Position numbers and translations under genes: made by a program. A model generated the notes under the pieces. It ran no database searches, was not told the origin of the DNA, and worked only from the letters and a program-made list of their open reading frames with translations. Below, piece after piece: positions 9,191 through 17,938 of a stretch of DNA of 64,000 bases; the first letter of the stretch is position 1; every line of letters starts with the position of its first letter. This stretch comes from an uncultured Actinomycetota bacterium (GTDB lineage: Bacteria > Actinomycetota > Actinomycetes > JAHEKZ01), in NCBI GenBank assembly GCA_963718235.1, contig CAVQYR010000002.1, positions 32,001 through 96,000 of the forward strand, read 5' to 3'.

Positions 9191-10204
9191 ATGATCAACA
9201 GGGAGAAGGACGGCGAGCGGGCAGGGGCAGCGGCGGAAGCGACGGACGCGCGGGTGCGGGGGTACGCCGCGCACCGGGTCGTCGCCGTCGTGGAGCGGTC
9301 CGGACTCGTCGAGGGTGTGCACTGCGGCACGGTGGTCGCCCTGGACGGCGCCGGCCGCGTGGTCCACGCCGTCGGTGACCCCGACCTGGAGGTCTACCCG
9401 CGGTCGGCCGCCAAGCCGATGCAGGCCTCGGGCATGGTGCGGCTCGGGCTCGAGCTCCCGGACGACGAGCTGGCGCTGGTCGGGGCCTCGCACAGCGGCG
9501 AGCCGATGCACGTCGACGGCGTCCGTCGGATCCTGGCCAGAGCCGGGCTCGACGAGTCGGCGCTGCAGAACACCCCGCGCCTCCCCCTGCACGAGCCCAG
9601 CCGCGACGCCGAGATCAAGGCCGGCCGCGGCGAGACTTCGGTGTGCGCCGACTGCTCGGGCAAGCACGCCGGCATGGTCGTGACGTGTGTCCTCAACGGC
9701 TGGGCCGTCGCCACGTACCTGGACGACGACCATCCGCTGCAGCGGGCCCTGCGCGCCGAGCTCGAGCTCGTTGCCGGCGAACCCGTCGTCCACAGCGGCG
9801 TCGACGGGTGCGGGGCGCCGATCTGGGCGATCACGCTGACCGGCCTGGCCCGGGCCTTCGCCGGGTGCGTGACCGCCGCCGAGGGATCGCCGCCGCGGAG
9901 GGTGGCCGACGCCATGCGCCGCCACCCGGAGATGGTGGGCGGTACCGGTCGAGACGTCACCGGGTTCATGACCGCCGTCCCCGGTCTGCTGGCCAAGGAG
10001 GGCGCCGAGGCGATCTACGCCGCCGCCCTCCCCGACGGCTCAGCAGTGGCCCTGAAGATCTCCGACGGAGCGTTCCGTGCGGCGCAGGTAGCGCTGGCCA
10101 GTGCCTTGGCAGCGGTCGGTGTCGACCCGGAGCGGCTCGCGCCCTGGGCGAGCGTTCCGGTGCTCGGGCACGGGCGGCCCGTGGGGTCGGTGCACGCGCC
10201 CTAA
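9191..10204 (+). CDS. Asparaginase II (class 3, R. etli-type); start uncertain, possibly GTG 9254
   Basis: RSAAKPMQA, SHSGEPMH, DCSGKH, DGCGAP, AKEGAEA motifs. Confidence 0.85.
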   Translation: MINREKDGERAGAAAEATDARVRGYAAHRVVAVVERSGLVEGVHCGTVVALDGAGRVVHAVGDPDLEVYPRSAAKPMQASGMVRLGLELPDDELALVGASHSGEPMHVDGVRRILARAGLDESALQNTPRLPLHEPSRDAEIKAGRGETSVCADCSGKHAGMVVTCVLNGWAVATYLDDDHPLQRALRAELELVAGEPVVHSGVDGCGAPIWAITLTGLARAFAGCVTAAEGSPPRRVADAMRRHPEMVGGTGRDVTGFMTAVPGLLAKEGAEAIYAAALPDGSAVALKISDGAFRAAQVALASALAAVGVDPERLAPWASVPVLGHGRPVGSVHAP

Positions 10205-10221
10205 GCCGGCTAGCCAACAGC

Positions 10222-10670
10222 CTAGCCGCGCAGCAGGTACCGGGTGCCGGCTCCATCACCGGTGCGTCGGCGAGCACGGTGTAGTGCTCCCAGCCGACGC
10301 CGTCGGGGTCGGTCGACCACACCTTGTCCTGGACGGCGTAGCAGCAGGCGACCTCCGACTCCACCGAGCCGACCAGCCCCTCGTCGGCCAGCCGGGTCGT
10401 GGCGGCGGTGACGTCGTCGGTGGTGGCGACCTCCACGCCGAGGTGGTTCAGGGTGCCCGCGTTCGCCGGCGACTCGATGAGCACGAGCTTCAGGGGCGGG
10501 CTGTCGATCGCGAAGTTGGCGTAGCCGGGGCGCCGCTTGGCCGGCTCGGCGGCGAACAGACGGCTGTAGAAGGCGACCGCGGCGTCGACGTCGCTGACGT
10601 TGAGGGCCAGCTGGACTCGGGGCAGGGCCGGGGCGGCGACCGTGGGCTGGGAGAGGGACGTGGTGGACAT
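10222..10670 (-). CDS. ArsI/CadI family VOC protein (organoarsenical C-As lyase-like); 3' end probably affected by an indel
   Basis: RVQLALNV, GYANFAI, LNHLGVEV, CCYAVQDKVW, terminal TCC. A TAG at 10222-10224 lies just out of frame; the read-through ORF overlaps asparaginase. Confidence 0.8.
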
Positions 10671-10692
10671 GCGGGTACCTCCTGGGCAGTAA

Positions 10693-10758
10693 TTCGACAG
10701 TCGTCAATATAGGCGAAGATTTCGACATCTGTCAATGGATTGTTCGACAGGTATCGAA
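10693..10758. promoter_or_regulatory. Three ArsR-type operator boxes in the divergent promoter
   Basis: TTCGACAGTCGTCAAT (10693), TTCGACATCTGTCAAT (10721), TTCGACAGGTATCGAA (10743): imperfect palindromes in an AT-rich gap. Confidence 0.65.
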
Positions 10759-10771
10759 TAGGCTCGTGCCC

Positions 10772-11119
10772 ATGACCCGAACCGCGATCCCGCTGCCACT
10801 GGTCGACGCCGACTGCTGCGCCCCCCTCGGCGAGAGCGCGCTGGACGCCGACACGGCCGAGATGCTGGCCCACGCCTTCAAGGCGCTGTCCGACCCGGTG
10901 CGGCTGCGGCTGTTGAGCATCATCGCTGCCGCGCCGTCCGGGGAGGTCTGCGCCTGCGACCTGGCCGCCCCGGTCGGCAAGAGCCAGCCGACCGTCTCCC
11001 ACCACCTGAAGGTGCTGCGCGAGGCCGGCCTGGTCACGAGCACCAAGCGCGGTACCTGGGTCCACTACGCGGCAGTTCCGCATCGGCTCGAGGCGCTGCG
11101 CGGCGTCCTCGGCGCGTGA
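10772..11119 (+). CDS. arsR: ArsR/SmtB metalloregulator
   Basis: N-terminal CC, FKALSDPVRLRLL, EVCACDL, SQPTVSHHLKVLREAGLV. Confidence 0.9.
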   Translation: MTRTAIPLPLVDADCCAPLGESALDADTAEMLAHAFKALSDPVRLRLLSIIAAAPSGEVCACDLAAPVGKSQPTVSHHLKVLREAGLVTSTKRGTWVHYAAVPHRLEALRGVLGA

Positions 11120-11123
11120 ACCA

Positions 11124-11843
11124 ATGAGTGACCTCGCCAACCCGGTTCCGCTGGGGCGTCGGGTGTTCGCCGAGGCGTTGGGCACCGGAGCCCTCGTCAC
11201 CGTGGTGGTCGGCTCCGGGATCATGGCCGCCCAGCTGTCCGACGACGTCGGCGTGCAGCTGCTGATCAACGCAGTGGCGACCGGCGCGGCCCTCTACGTG
11301 CTCATCGCCCAGCTCGCCCCGATCAGCGGCGCGCAGCTCAACCCGGTGGTCACCGGCCTGGACGCCGTGTTCGGCGGACGTCACGCCCGCAGCGTCGGCC
11401 TGTACGTCGGGGCCCAGGTCGTCGGCGCGGCGCTCGGCGCCATGCTGGCGAACCTGATGTTCGCACTCCCCGCGATCGACTGGTCGACCCACGACCGGGT
11501 CACCGCGGCGACGCTGCTGGGCGAGGTCGTGGCGACCTTCGGGCTGACCGCGGTGATCTTCGGTCTGGTGCGCAGTGGCCGGGCACCTCTGGTCGCACCC
11601 AGCGTCGCGCTCTTCATCACGAGTGCGTACTTCTTCACCTCCTCGACGTCCTTCGCCAACCCGGCGGTCACCCTCGGCCGCACGCTGAGCGACACCTTCG
11701 CCGGCATCGCCCCGTCGTCGGCACCGGCCTTCATCGCCGCACAGGTGGTCGGTGCCGCGCTCGGCTACGTCGCGGTCCGCGGGCTGTGGCCGATGCCGAA
11801 GACCGACGCACCCGAGAACATCGTGATGGAGGAGCAAGCATGA
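11124..11843 (+). CDS. MIP/aquaporin family channel (AqpS-like arsenite channel)
   Basis: ISGAQLNPVVT and FTSSTSFANPAVT loops; lies between arsR and arsC. Confidence 0.85.
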   Translation: MSDLANPVPLGRRVFAEALGTGALVTVVVGSGIMAAQLSDDVGVQLLINAVATGAALYVLIAQLAPISGAQLNPVVTGLDAVFGGRHARSVGLYVGAQVVGAALGAMLANLMFALPAIDWSTHDRVTAATLLGEVVATFGLTAVIFGLVRSGRAPLVAPSVALFITSAYFFTSSTSFANPAVTLGRTLSDTFAGIAPSSAPAFIAAQVVGAALGYVAVRGLWPMPKTDAPENIVMEEQA

Positions 11844-12253
11844 GTGAGAGCCGACCGGTCATCCTGGTTGCCTGCCGTAAGAACGCCGGTCGTTCGCAGG
11901 CCGCCGCCGCGCTGCTGCGTCACTACGGAGGCGATCGGGTCGAGGTTCTCTCGGGTGGGTCCGAGCCCGCTGACGAGGTGCATCCGGAGGTCCGCGCGGT
12001 GCTCGCCGAGCGCGACCTGGTGCCGGAGTCGAGCCCCAAGCGGTTCGACGCAGCGATGGTGCAGGCGGCCGACATCGTCGTGACGATGGGATGCGGCGAG
12101 GAGTGCCCTTACTACCCCGGCCGCACCTACCTCGACTGGGAGGTGCAGGACCCGCACGGGCGTCCGGTCGAGGAGGTGCGGGTCATCGTCGACGACATCG
12201 ACACCAGGGTGCGCGACCTGCTCGGCTCGCTCGGGCTGGAGGTCGTTCGCTAG
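11840..12253 (+). CDS. arsC: Arsenate reductase, LMW-PTP fold
   Basis: CRKNAGRSQ P-loop, VVTMGCGEECP, DWEVQDP; ATGA overlap with the aquaporin stop. Confidence 0.85.
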   Translation: MSESRPVILVACRKNAGRSQAAAALLRHYGGDRVEVLSGGSEPADEVHPEVRAVLAERDLVPESSPKRFDAAMVQAADIVVTMGCGEECPYYPGRTYLDWEVQDPHGRPVEEVRVIVDDIDTRVRDLLGSLGLEVVR

Positions 12254-12258
12254 CAGGG

Positions 12259-12290
12259 TGCTTGCAATAGTTAGCACTTTGGGTTAGCCT
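12259..12290 (+). promoter_or_regulatory. Sigma-70-type leaderless promoter overlapped by a palindromic operator
   Basis: TTGCAA-17 nt-TAGCCT, 6 nt before GTG 12297; imperfect dyad TGCTTGCAATAGTTAGCA. Confidence 0.55.
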
Positions 12291-12296
12291 CGAGGG

Positions 12297-12824
12297 GTGA
12301 GTTCCTCTCCGGTCGTTCGGCTCGGCGACTACATCCGTGAACAGCGCGAAGGTGCGGCGATCTCGCTGCGCCGGTTGGCCCTGGACGCCGGCGTCTCGAA
12401 CCCCTACCTGAGCCAGATCGAGCGCGGCCTGCGCAAGCCCAGCGCGGAGGTGCTGCAGCAGATCGCCAAGGGGCTGCGGATCTCCGCCGAGCAGCTCTAC
12501 GTGCGGGCCGGCCTGCTCGAGGAGCGGGAGTCCGGGCTCGAGGTGGAGTCGGCCGTGGTCAGCGACCCGGCGATCTCCGAGCGGCAGAAGCGCGTGCTGC
12601 TCGACATCTACGCCTCGTTCCTGTCCGAGAACGCGCAAACCACGCACCAGCCCGTTGCGCCGGAGGCCGCTGACGCCAAGGCCGCCCCTGTGAAGAAGAC
12701 CACGAAGCGACCCGCAGCGAAGAAGGCCAGCGGCACCAAGAGCACGAGCAAGCGGCCGGCGAAGAAGTCCACCACTCCCTCCACCTCACGATCCACGACC
12801 GCCCGTAAGGCCAAGAAAGGCTGA
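12297..12824 (+). CDS. XRE-family HTH regulator (Rv0474-like) with Lys-rich tail
   Basis: LGDYIREQR...GVSNPYLSQIERGLRKPSAEVL...LLDIYASF; order matches Rv0474-hbhA-DUF2516. Confidence 0.85.
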   Translation: MSSSPVVRLGDYIREQREGAAISLRRLALDAGVSNPYLSQIERGLRKPSAEVLQQIAKGLRISAEQLYVRAGLLEERESGLEVESAVVSDPAISERQKRVLLDIYASFLSENAQTTHQPVAPEAADAKAAPVKKTTKRPAAKKASGTKSTSKRPAKKSTTPSTSRSTTARKAKKG

Positions 12825-12826
12825 TC

Positions 12827-13372
12827 ATGCCCACCATCCCTGCCCCTCTGTACGCACTCGTCGGTGTCACCGACCTCGCGACCGAGAAGGCGCGCGCCCT
12901 GCCCGTCAAGCTCGCCGAGATCGAGATCAGGCGCTTCGAGCCCCCGACCGTCGACGACGCCAAGGCCGCCATGGCCGACGCGAAGGCCGCGGTCAGCAAG
13001 ATCGACCTCACCAAGCTCGACCCACGCAAGGTCGAGCTGCCCAGCAAAGACACGCTGAACGTCGAGCTGCCGGCAATGGCCGACCTCGACCCGCGCAAGG
13101 TCGAGCTGCCGAAGTTCGAGCTCTCCGACTTCGCCGCCCGCGCGTTCGAGCTGGCTGCCGTCGCGGAGAAGAAGTACGACGGACTGGTCGTCCGCGGCGA
13201 GCGCGTCGTCGCATCGGTGCGTGGCACCGAGCACGTGAGCGTTCCGGCGCCGACCGTCGCCGAGCCCGCGACCCCGCAGATGCCGGAGACCCCAGCGGCA
13301 CCCAAGGCGACCAAGCCGGCGACGAAGAAGGCCACCAAGCCCGCGGCCAAGAAGACCGAGCCCGAGGCCTGA
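12827..13372 (+). CDS. HBHA-like protein (positional homologue of heparin-binding hemagglutinin)
   Basis: PLYALVGVTDLA start, KYDGLVVRGE, K/A/P-rich tail, duplicated LDPRKVELP. Confidence 0.6.
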   Translation: MPTIPAPLYALVGVTDLATEKARALPVKLAEIEIRRFEPPTVDDAKAAMADAKAAVSKIDLTKLDPRKVELPSKDTLNVELPAMADLDPRKVELPKFELSDFAARAFELAAVAEKKYDGLVVRGERVVASVRGTEHVSVPAPTVAEPATPQMPETPAAPKATKPATKKATKPAAKKTEPEA

Positions 13373-13380
13373 CCTGAGCC

Positions 13381-13422
13381 GAGGAGCCCACGGACGATCC
13401 GCCGATCGTCCGTGGGCTCCTC
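13381..13422 (+). terminator. Terminator-like hairpin
   Basis: Perfect 19-bp stem GAGGAGCCCACGGACGATC-CGCC-GATCGTCCGTGGGCTCCTC, 8 nt after the stop. Confidence 0.75.
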
Positions 13423-13482
13423 GCTGTCGCACGCCGACCGGCGCAGCGGGCGAGCGGGTGGCCGTGCCGTTAGCCTGGGCCC

Positions 13483-13794
13483 ATGAACCTGTTCGGACCG
13501 ATCAGCACGATCAGCCTGCTCATCCAGATCGCGCTGTTGTGTCTGATCCTGTTCGCCCTGGTCGACGCCCTCATCCGGCCGAGCGCGGCCTACGTGGCCG
13601 CGAGCAAGCGGACCAAGCTGCTGTGGGGCCTCGTGCTCGCCGTCGGGTTCGGTGTCGCCTTCGTCGCCGGTTCGACCTCGTTGTTCGGCCTGCTGGGCGT
13701 GGTGGCCGCGATCGTGTACCTGGTCGACGTCCGCCCTGCGGTGAAGAGCCTCGGCCGTGGCGGGTCGACGCAAGGTCCCCACGGTTCTTGGTGA
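13483..13794 (+). CDS. DUF2516 family membrane protein
   Basis: AYVAASKRTKLLW and IVYLVDVRPA signatures. Confidence 0.85.
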   Translation: MNLFGPISTISLLIQIALLCLILFALVDALIRPSAAYVAASKRTKLLWGLVLAVGFGVAFVAGSTSLFGLLGVVAAIVYLVDVRPAVKSLGRGGSTQGPHGSW

Positions 13795-14531
13795 CCGTTC
13801 CGACCCCGGACCACCTGGTCACCGGCACCGGGTCGCCCAGCACAGTGTTCGTCGCCGGGCTGGCCCAGACGCTCGCCGACGTGCGGGTGTTCGCCAGCGG
13901 CGTCAGTGGTACCCGCACCTTCGTCGAGCTGGTCGTGCCGAGCGTCGCCTCGGGGCTCGACGACGTCGACGCCGTCTGCGCGGAGGTCGGCGCCGGCCAG
14001 GCGGTCGGCGTGTCACTGGGTGCCACGACGGTGCTCGCCCTGGCGGCGCGGCAGCCGCAGCGGTTCGACCGGCTCGTGCTCGCCCTCCCCGGTGCGGTCT
14101 TCAGCGACCACGGTGAACCGGCGCGAGACCTGATCCGGTCCTTGCAGACCGCCTTGGAGCAACGGGACCAGATCGCCGTGGCGCGGGCATTGCTGGCCCT
14201 GCAGCCGGAATCGGTGCGAAGACGGCTGCAGGTCACCATGTGGGCTCGGCGACAGGCCGACGTCGTCCTGGGACTTCCGCTCGGGCCACTGTTCGACGAC
14301 GTGCTGTCAGGAGCAGCCGCCGCCCTCGTCTCCACGCTCGACTGCGCGGCCGTCACGATGCCGGTGCTGGTGGTGGCCCAGGGCGACGACGACGTCCACC
14401 CCGTCGCCGCTGCCGAGCAGCTGGCGGCGGCGCTGCCCGATGCCCGGCTGGTGGTCAGTGACGTGCCATGGGTGTGGTCGGCGCGAGATCGGCTGCGAGA
14501 CGTCGTGAGCGGGTTCCTGGCCGGAGGCTAG
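13791..14531 (+). CDS. Alpha/beta hydrolase
   Basis: GVSLG nucleophile elbow, PVLVVAQGDDDVHP; GTGA overlap with the upstream stop. Confidence 0.75.
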   Translation: MTVPTPDHLVTGTGSPSTVFVAGLAQTLADVRVFASGVSGTRTFVELVVPSVASGLDDVDAVCAEVGAGQAVGVSLGATTVLALAARQPQRFDRLVLALPGAVFSDHGEPARDLIRSLQTALEQRDQIAVARALLALQPESVRRRLQVTMWARRQADVVLGLPLGPLFDDVLSGAAAALVSTLDCAAVTMPVLVVAQGDDDVHPVAAAEQLAAALPDARLVVSDVPWVWSARDRLRDVVSGFLAGG

Positions 14532-14541
14532 GGTCGCGCTC

Positions 14542-15276
14542 ATGACGACCGACCACCAGGGACGCACCCAGCGACTCGAGCTCGACGACCCGTCCGTGCG
14601 TGAGTGGGACGCCGTCGTCCTCGACGTCGACGACGACGGCATCGTGCTCGACCGATCGGCGTTCTACCCCGGAGGTGGGGGCCAGCCACCGGACCACGGG
14701 GTGCTCCTGTGGGGCGGGGTGCAGACCCGGATCGTCGGAGCACGTCGTGGTGACGACGTCCGGCTGTTGGCCGCCGAGGGCGATCCGCTGCCGACCGCAG
14801 GAACCGCGGTACGAGGAGCGATCGAGGACGACCGGCGTACCGCGTTGATGCGAACCCATTCCGGGCTGCACCTGCTCAGTGGTGTCGTGTTCCGCGACTT
14901 CGGTGCGTTGGTGACGGGAGGGAACATGGAGCCGTTCGAGGCGCGGATGGACTTCAACCTGCCTGAGGTGCCCGAGGGCTTCAAGGACGCCGTTGCTGCG
15001 GCCTGCGCAGTCGAGGTGGCCGCCGACCGAGCGATCGAGGTCAGCAACCTGCCGCGCGACAAGGCTTTCGCGATCCCCGACATCATCCGGACCGCGACCA
15101 ACCTGCTGCCGCCCGACCTGGAGGTCGTGCGGATCGTCGACATCGTCGGGCTCGACACCCAGGCCGACGGTGGGACGCACGTGGCGTCGACCCGCCAGAT
15201 CGGCGGGATCGAGGTCGTCAAGGTCGAGAACAAGGGCAAGGGATTCCGCCGACTGCGCGTGCGCATCACCGACTGA
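14542..15276 (+). CDS. AlaX-type alanyl-tRNA editing protein
   Basis: FYPGGGGQPPD, RTHSGLH (HxxxH), ARMDF, QADGGTHV. Confidence 0.9.
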   Translation: MTTDHQGRTQRLELDDPSVREWDAVVLDVDDDGIVLDRSAFYPGGGGQPPDHGVLLWGGVQTRIVGARRGDDVRLLAAEGDPLPTAGTAVRGAIEDDRRTALMRTHSGLHLLSGVVFRDFGALVTGGNMEPFEARMDFNLPEVPEGFKDAVAAACAVEVAADRAIEVSNLPRDKAFAIPDIIRTATNLLPPDLEVVRIVDIVGLDTQADGGTHVASTRQIGGIEVVKVENKGKGFRRLRVRITD

Positions 15277-15847
15277 GCGCGTCGCCGGTTCGCGCTGGCC
15301 CACGCGACGTGCGGTCGATGGACCACCACTGCATGCTGACGCCGTACCAGCGGTCGGTCTCGCCCCGTGCGGTCATGCCCAGGCGTCGCATCACCGCGAA
15401 CGACGGGTCGTTGCCGGAGTAGGCCACAGCGTTGACCACGTCCAGGCCCAGGTCGTCGAAGCCGTGCTCGATCAGCCGCCCGGCGGCCTCGGTGGCGTAG
15501 CCGTGACCCCAGTGGTCGGGGTGCAGGTGCCAGCCCACCTCGACATCGTCGGTGAGCCGGCCGTCGGCGTCGGGCAGCCGGACCAGCAGGGCCGTCCCGA
15601 CGGGGTGCCCGACGGACTCGGGAACGACCGCCCACAGGCCGTAGCCGGGTTCCTCCTCGGCTACGGCCCGCCAGCGCTCCAGCCGCTCGCGGGCCGCCTC
15701 GGGGGACGCCCAGGGGGCCGGCGTGGCGCCGAGCCAGCGCGCGACTTCGTCGCGGCGGTAGATGTCGTACGCCGCAGCCACGTCGTCGTCGGCGTCGGGG
15801 TCCCAGGGGCGCAGGGTGAGCCGGGAGGTGCGCAGTGAGTCGGCCAC
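15266..15847 (-). CDS. GNAT N-acetyltransferase (RimJ/RimL-like)
   Basis: RLTLRPW, EVGWHLHPDHWGHGYATEAA, NDPSFAVMRRLGM. Confidence 0.9.
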   Translation of the reverse strand: MADSLRTSRLTLRPWDPDADDDVAAAYDIYRRDEVARWLGATPAPWASPEAARERLERWRAVAEEEPGYGLWAVVPESVGHPVGTALLVRLPDADGRLTDDVEVGWHLHPDHWGHGYATEAAGRLIEHGFDDLGLDVVNAVAYSGNDPSFAVMRRLGMTARGETDRWYGVSMQWWSIDRTSRGPARTGDALSR

Positions 15848-15907
15848 GTGGGCAGCCTACGGACGGGCCGCCCCCGGGGCCGTCGGCTGGGCCTTTGCCG
15901 GTCGTCC

Positions 15908-15968
15908 GGTGGCCTTGCGGGCCGCCGGCCCTCGGCAAGGCCACCTCACGATCAGCAAACCTGATCGT
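15908..15968. repeat. Two adjacent hairpin modules also found at 35726-35794
   Basis: GGTGGCCTTGC...GCAAGGCCACC, then ACGATCAG-CAAAC-CTGATCGT. Confidence 0.7.
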
Positions 15969-15986
15969 GGGCGGAACAGCGCGCGG

Positions 15987-16043
15987 GACGGTGCGGACGG
16001 TGCGCAAGACGGTGCGCAAGACGGTGCGCAAGACGGTGCGCGA
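15987..16043. repeat. Intergenic 12-bp tandem repeat GACGGTGCGCAA (4 units plus a 9-nt partial)
   Basis: Read directly from the sequence. Confidence 0.9.
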
Positions 16044-16055
16044 GACACGGGGAGG

Positions 16056-16083
16056 GGAATGGGGGAGGATCTAGCGGGCGTTG
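16056..16083 (+). promoter_or_regulatory. SigR/SigH-type promoter upstream of mshA
   Basis: GGAAT-N18-CGTTG; mycothiol synthesis genes are known thiol-stress sigma targets in actinobacteria. Confidence 0.55.
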
Positions 16084-16123
16084 GGACGGCCGGGCGGACC
16101 AGGACGGGTAGGAGGGAGCGGGC

Positions 16124-17413
16124 ATGAGCAGTCGAGGCGTCCGCAACCTGATGCCGCGCCGGATCGCCACGCTGAGCGTGCACACCTCCCCGCTCGACCA
16201 GCCTGGGACCGGCGACGCCGGAGGCATGAACGTGTACGTCGTCGAGACCGCCAAGCGGCTGGCCGACCTCGGGGTCGAGAGCGAGATCTTCACCAGGGCC
16301 ACCTCCGGCGACCTCCCGCCGAGCGTCGAACTGGCCCCCGGGGTCACCGTGCGCCACGTGCCAGCCGGACCCTTCGAGGGCCTGGCCAAGGAGGACCTCC
16401 CCGGCCTGCTGTGCGCCTTCACCTCCGGGGTGCTGCGGGCCGAGGCCCGCCACGACCCCGGCCACTACGACCTCGTGCACAGCCACTACTGGCTGTCCGG
16501 ACAGGTCGGCTACCTCGCCAAGGACCGGTGGGGTACCCCGCTCGTCCACTCGATGCACACCATGGCCAAGGTGAAGAACGCCTGGCTCGCCGAGGGCGAC
16601 ACCCCTGAGCCGAGCGCGCGGGTGGTCGGCGAGGCCCAGGTCGTGGGTGCAGCCGACCGGCTCGTGGCCAACACCGACGCCGAGGCCGATCAGCTGATCC
16701 AGCTCTACGACGCCAAGCCCGAGCGGGTCGCCGTCGTCGAGCCCGGAGTCGACCTCCAGGTGTTCACCGCTGGTGACCAGGGCGCGGCCCGGCGAAGGCT
16801 CGGGCTCCCGGTCGACGCCTCTGTGCTGCTGTTCGTCGGGCGGATCCAGCCGCTGAAGGCCCCTGACGTCCTGGTCCGCGCGGCGGCCCAGCTCGTCTCC
16901 GAGCAGCCCCACCGCAGGGAGCAGCTCGTCGTCGCGGTGGTCGGTGGCCCGAGCGGGTCCGGCCTCGCCCACCCCGAGCACCTCGAGAAGCTCGCGTCGT
17001 CTCTGGGCATCGGCGACCTCGTCCGGTTCGCCCCTCCAGCGGCGCAGCGCGAGCTGGCCGACTGGTACCGGGCAGCCGACGTCACGGTGGTCCCGTCGTA
17101 CAACGAGTCCTTCGGCCTGGTCGCGGTCGAGTCGCAGGCGTGCGGGACCCCGGTCGTGGCGGCCGCCGTCGGGGGCCTGACGACCGCGGTGCGCGACGGG
17201 GTGTCCGGACTTCTCGTCCAGGGGCACGACCCCCGTGACTACGCCCGGGTGCTGGGCCGGCTGCTCGACCAGCCGCGCCTGCGTGCGACGCTCGGTGCCG
17301 GCGCGCTCGACCATGCGGACCAGTTCGGTTGGACGGCGACGGCCGAGGCCATGCTCGCGGTGTACCGCCAGGCACTCACCGCATCCGCAAACGAGGGCAG
17401 CGTGGCCTCCTGA
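16124..17413 (+). CDS. mshA: D-inositol-3-phosphate glycosyltransferase
   Basis: [50 protein letters not shown]. Confidence 0.95.
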   Translation: MSSRGVRNLMPRRIATLSVHTSPLDQPGTGDAGGMNVYVVETAKRLADLGVESEIFTRATSGDLPPSVELAPGVTVRHVPAGPFEGLAKEDLPGLLCAFTSGVLRAEARHDPGHYDLVHSHYWLSGQVGYLAKDRWGTPLVHSMHTMAKVKNAWLAEGDTPEPSARVVGEAQVVGAADRLVANTDAEADQLIQLYDAKPERVAVVEPGVDLQVFTAGDQGAARRRLGLPVDASVLLFVGRIQPLKAPDVLVRAAAQLVSEQPHRREQLVVAVVGGPSGSGLAHPEHLEKLASSLGIGDLVRFAPPAAQRELADWYRAADVTVVPSYNESFGLVAVESQACGTPVVAAAVGGLTTAVRDGVSGLLVQGHDPRDYARVLGRLLDQPRLRATLGAGALDHADQFGWTATAEAMLAVYRQALTASANEGSVAS

Positions 17414-17934
17414 GCGGCGACGCCGTCACCGTCGTCCGGCGGACCCTCGAGCAGCTCGGCGTCGCCTGGAGCGAGCCGTCGCCGGGCACGCTCGTCGCCG
17501 AGCTCCCCGGCGAGCGCAAGCTGCGCACGACGGTGTCGATGGTGGTCGGTCGCTACAGCCTCACCGTCAACGCGTTCGTCGTGCGGCACCCGGACGAGAA
17601 CCACGAGGCGTTCCTGCGGTGGCTGCTGCGTGAGAACGCCAAGCACCCCGGGCTCGCCTTCGGCGTAGACCCCCTGGACGACGTGTACCTGGTTGCCAGG
17701 CTGCCCCTGGACGCCGTCACTCCCGAAACCGTTGATGCCCTCCTGGGACAGGTGCTGCAGACCGCCGACGGTGCGTTCAACACCCTGCTCGAGCTCGGGT
17801 TCGCCACGAGCATCCGACGGGAGTGGCAGTGGCGGGTGAGCCGGGGGGAGTCGCTGGCCAACCTCGAGGCGTTCCGCCACCTGACCGACGGGTCGTCGGA
17901 CCCTGCCGGCGCTGAGGACTCTGGGCGATCATGA
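17410..17934 (+). CDS. YbjN-domain protein (Rv0487-like); start codon unclear
   Basis: [41 protein letters not shown]; follows mshA as usual. Confidence 0.85.
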   Translation: MSGDAVTVVRRTLEQLGVAWSEPSPGTLVAELPGERKLRTTVSMVVGRYSLTVNAFVVRHPDENHEAFLRWLLRENAKHPGLAFGVDPLDDVYLVARLPLDAVTPETVDALLGQVLQTADGAFNTLLELGFATSIRREWQWRVSRGESLANLEAFRHLTDGSSDPAGAEDSGRS

Positions 17935-17938
17935 AAAG

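Noticed and set aside
9191-9253. Asparaginase start at ATG 9191
   Set aside because: This ATG lies inside the triplicated end of the palindromic repeat, so it is not trusted as the true start.
9966-10221. C-terminal extension of the ArsI-like protein overlapping asparaginase
   Set aside because: Homology ends at TCC and a stop lies just out of frame; probable indel.
15157-15183. AlaX QADGGTH in place of CGGTH as an inactive variant
   Set aside because: I recall this substitution in other bacterial AlaX proteins; the HxxxH and final His are intact.
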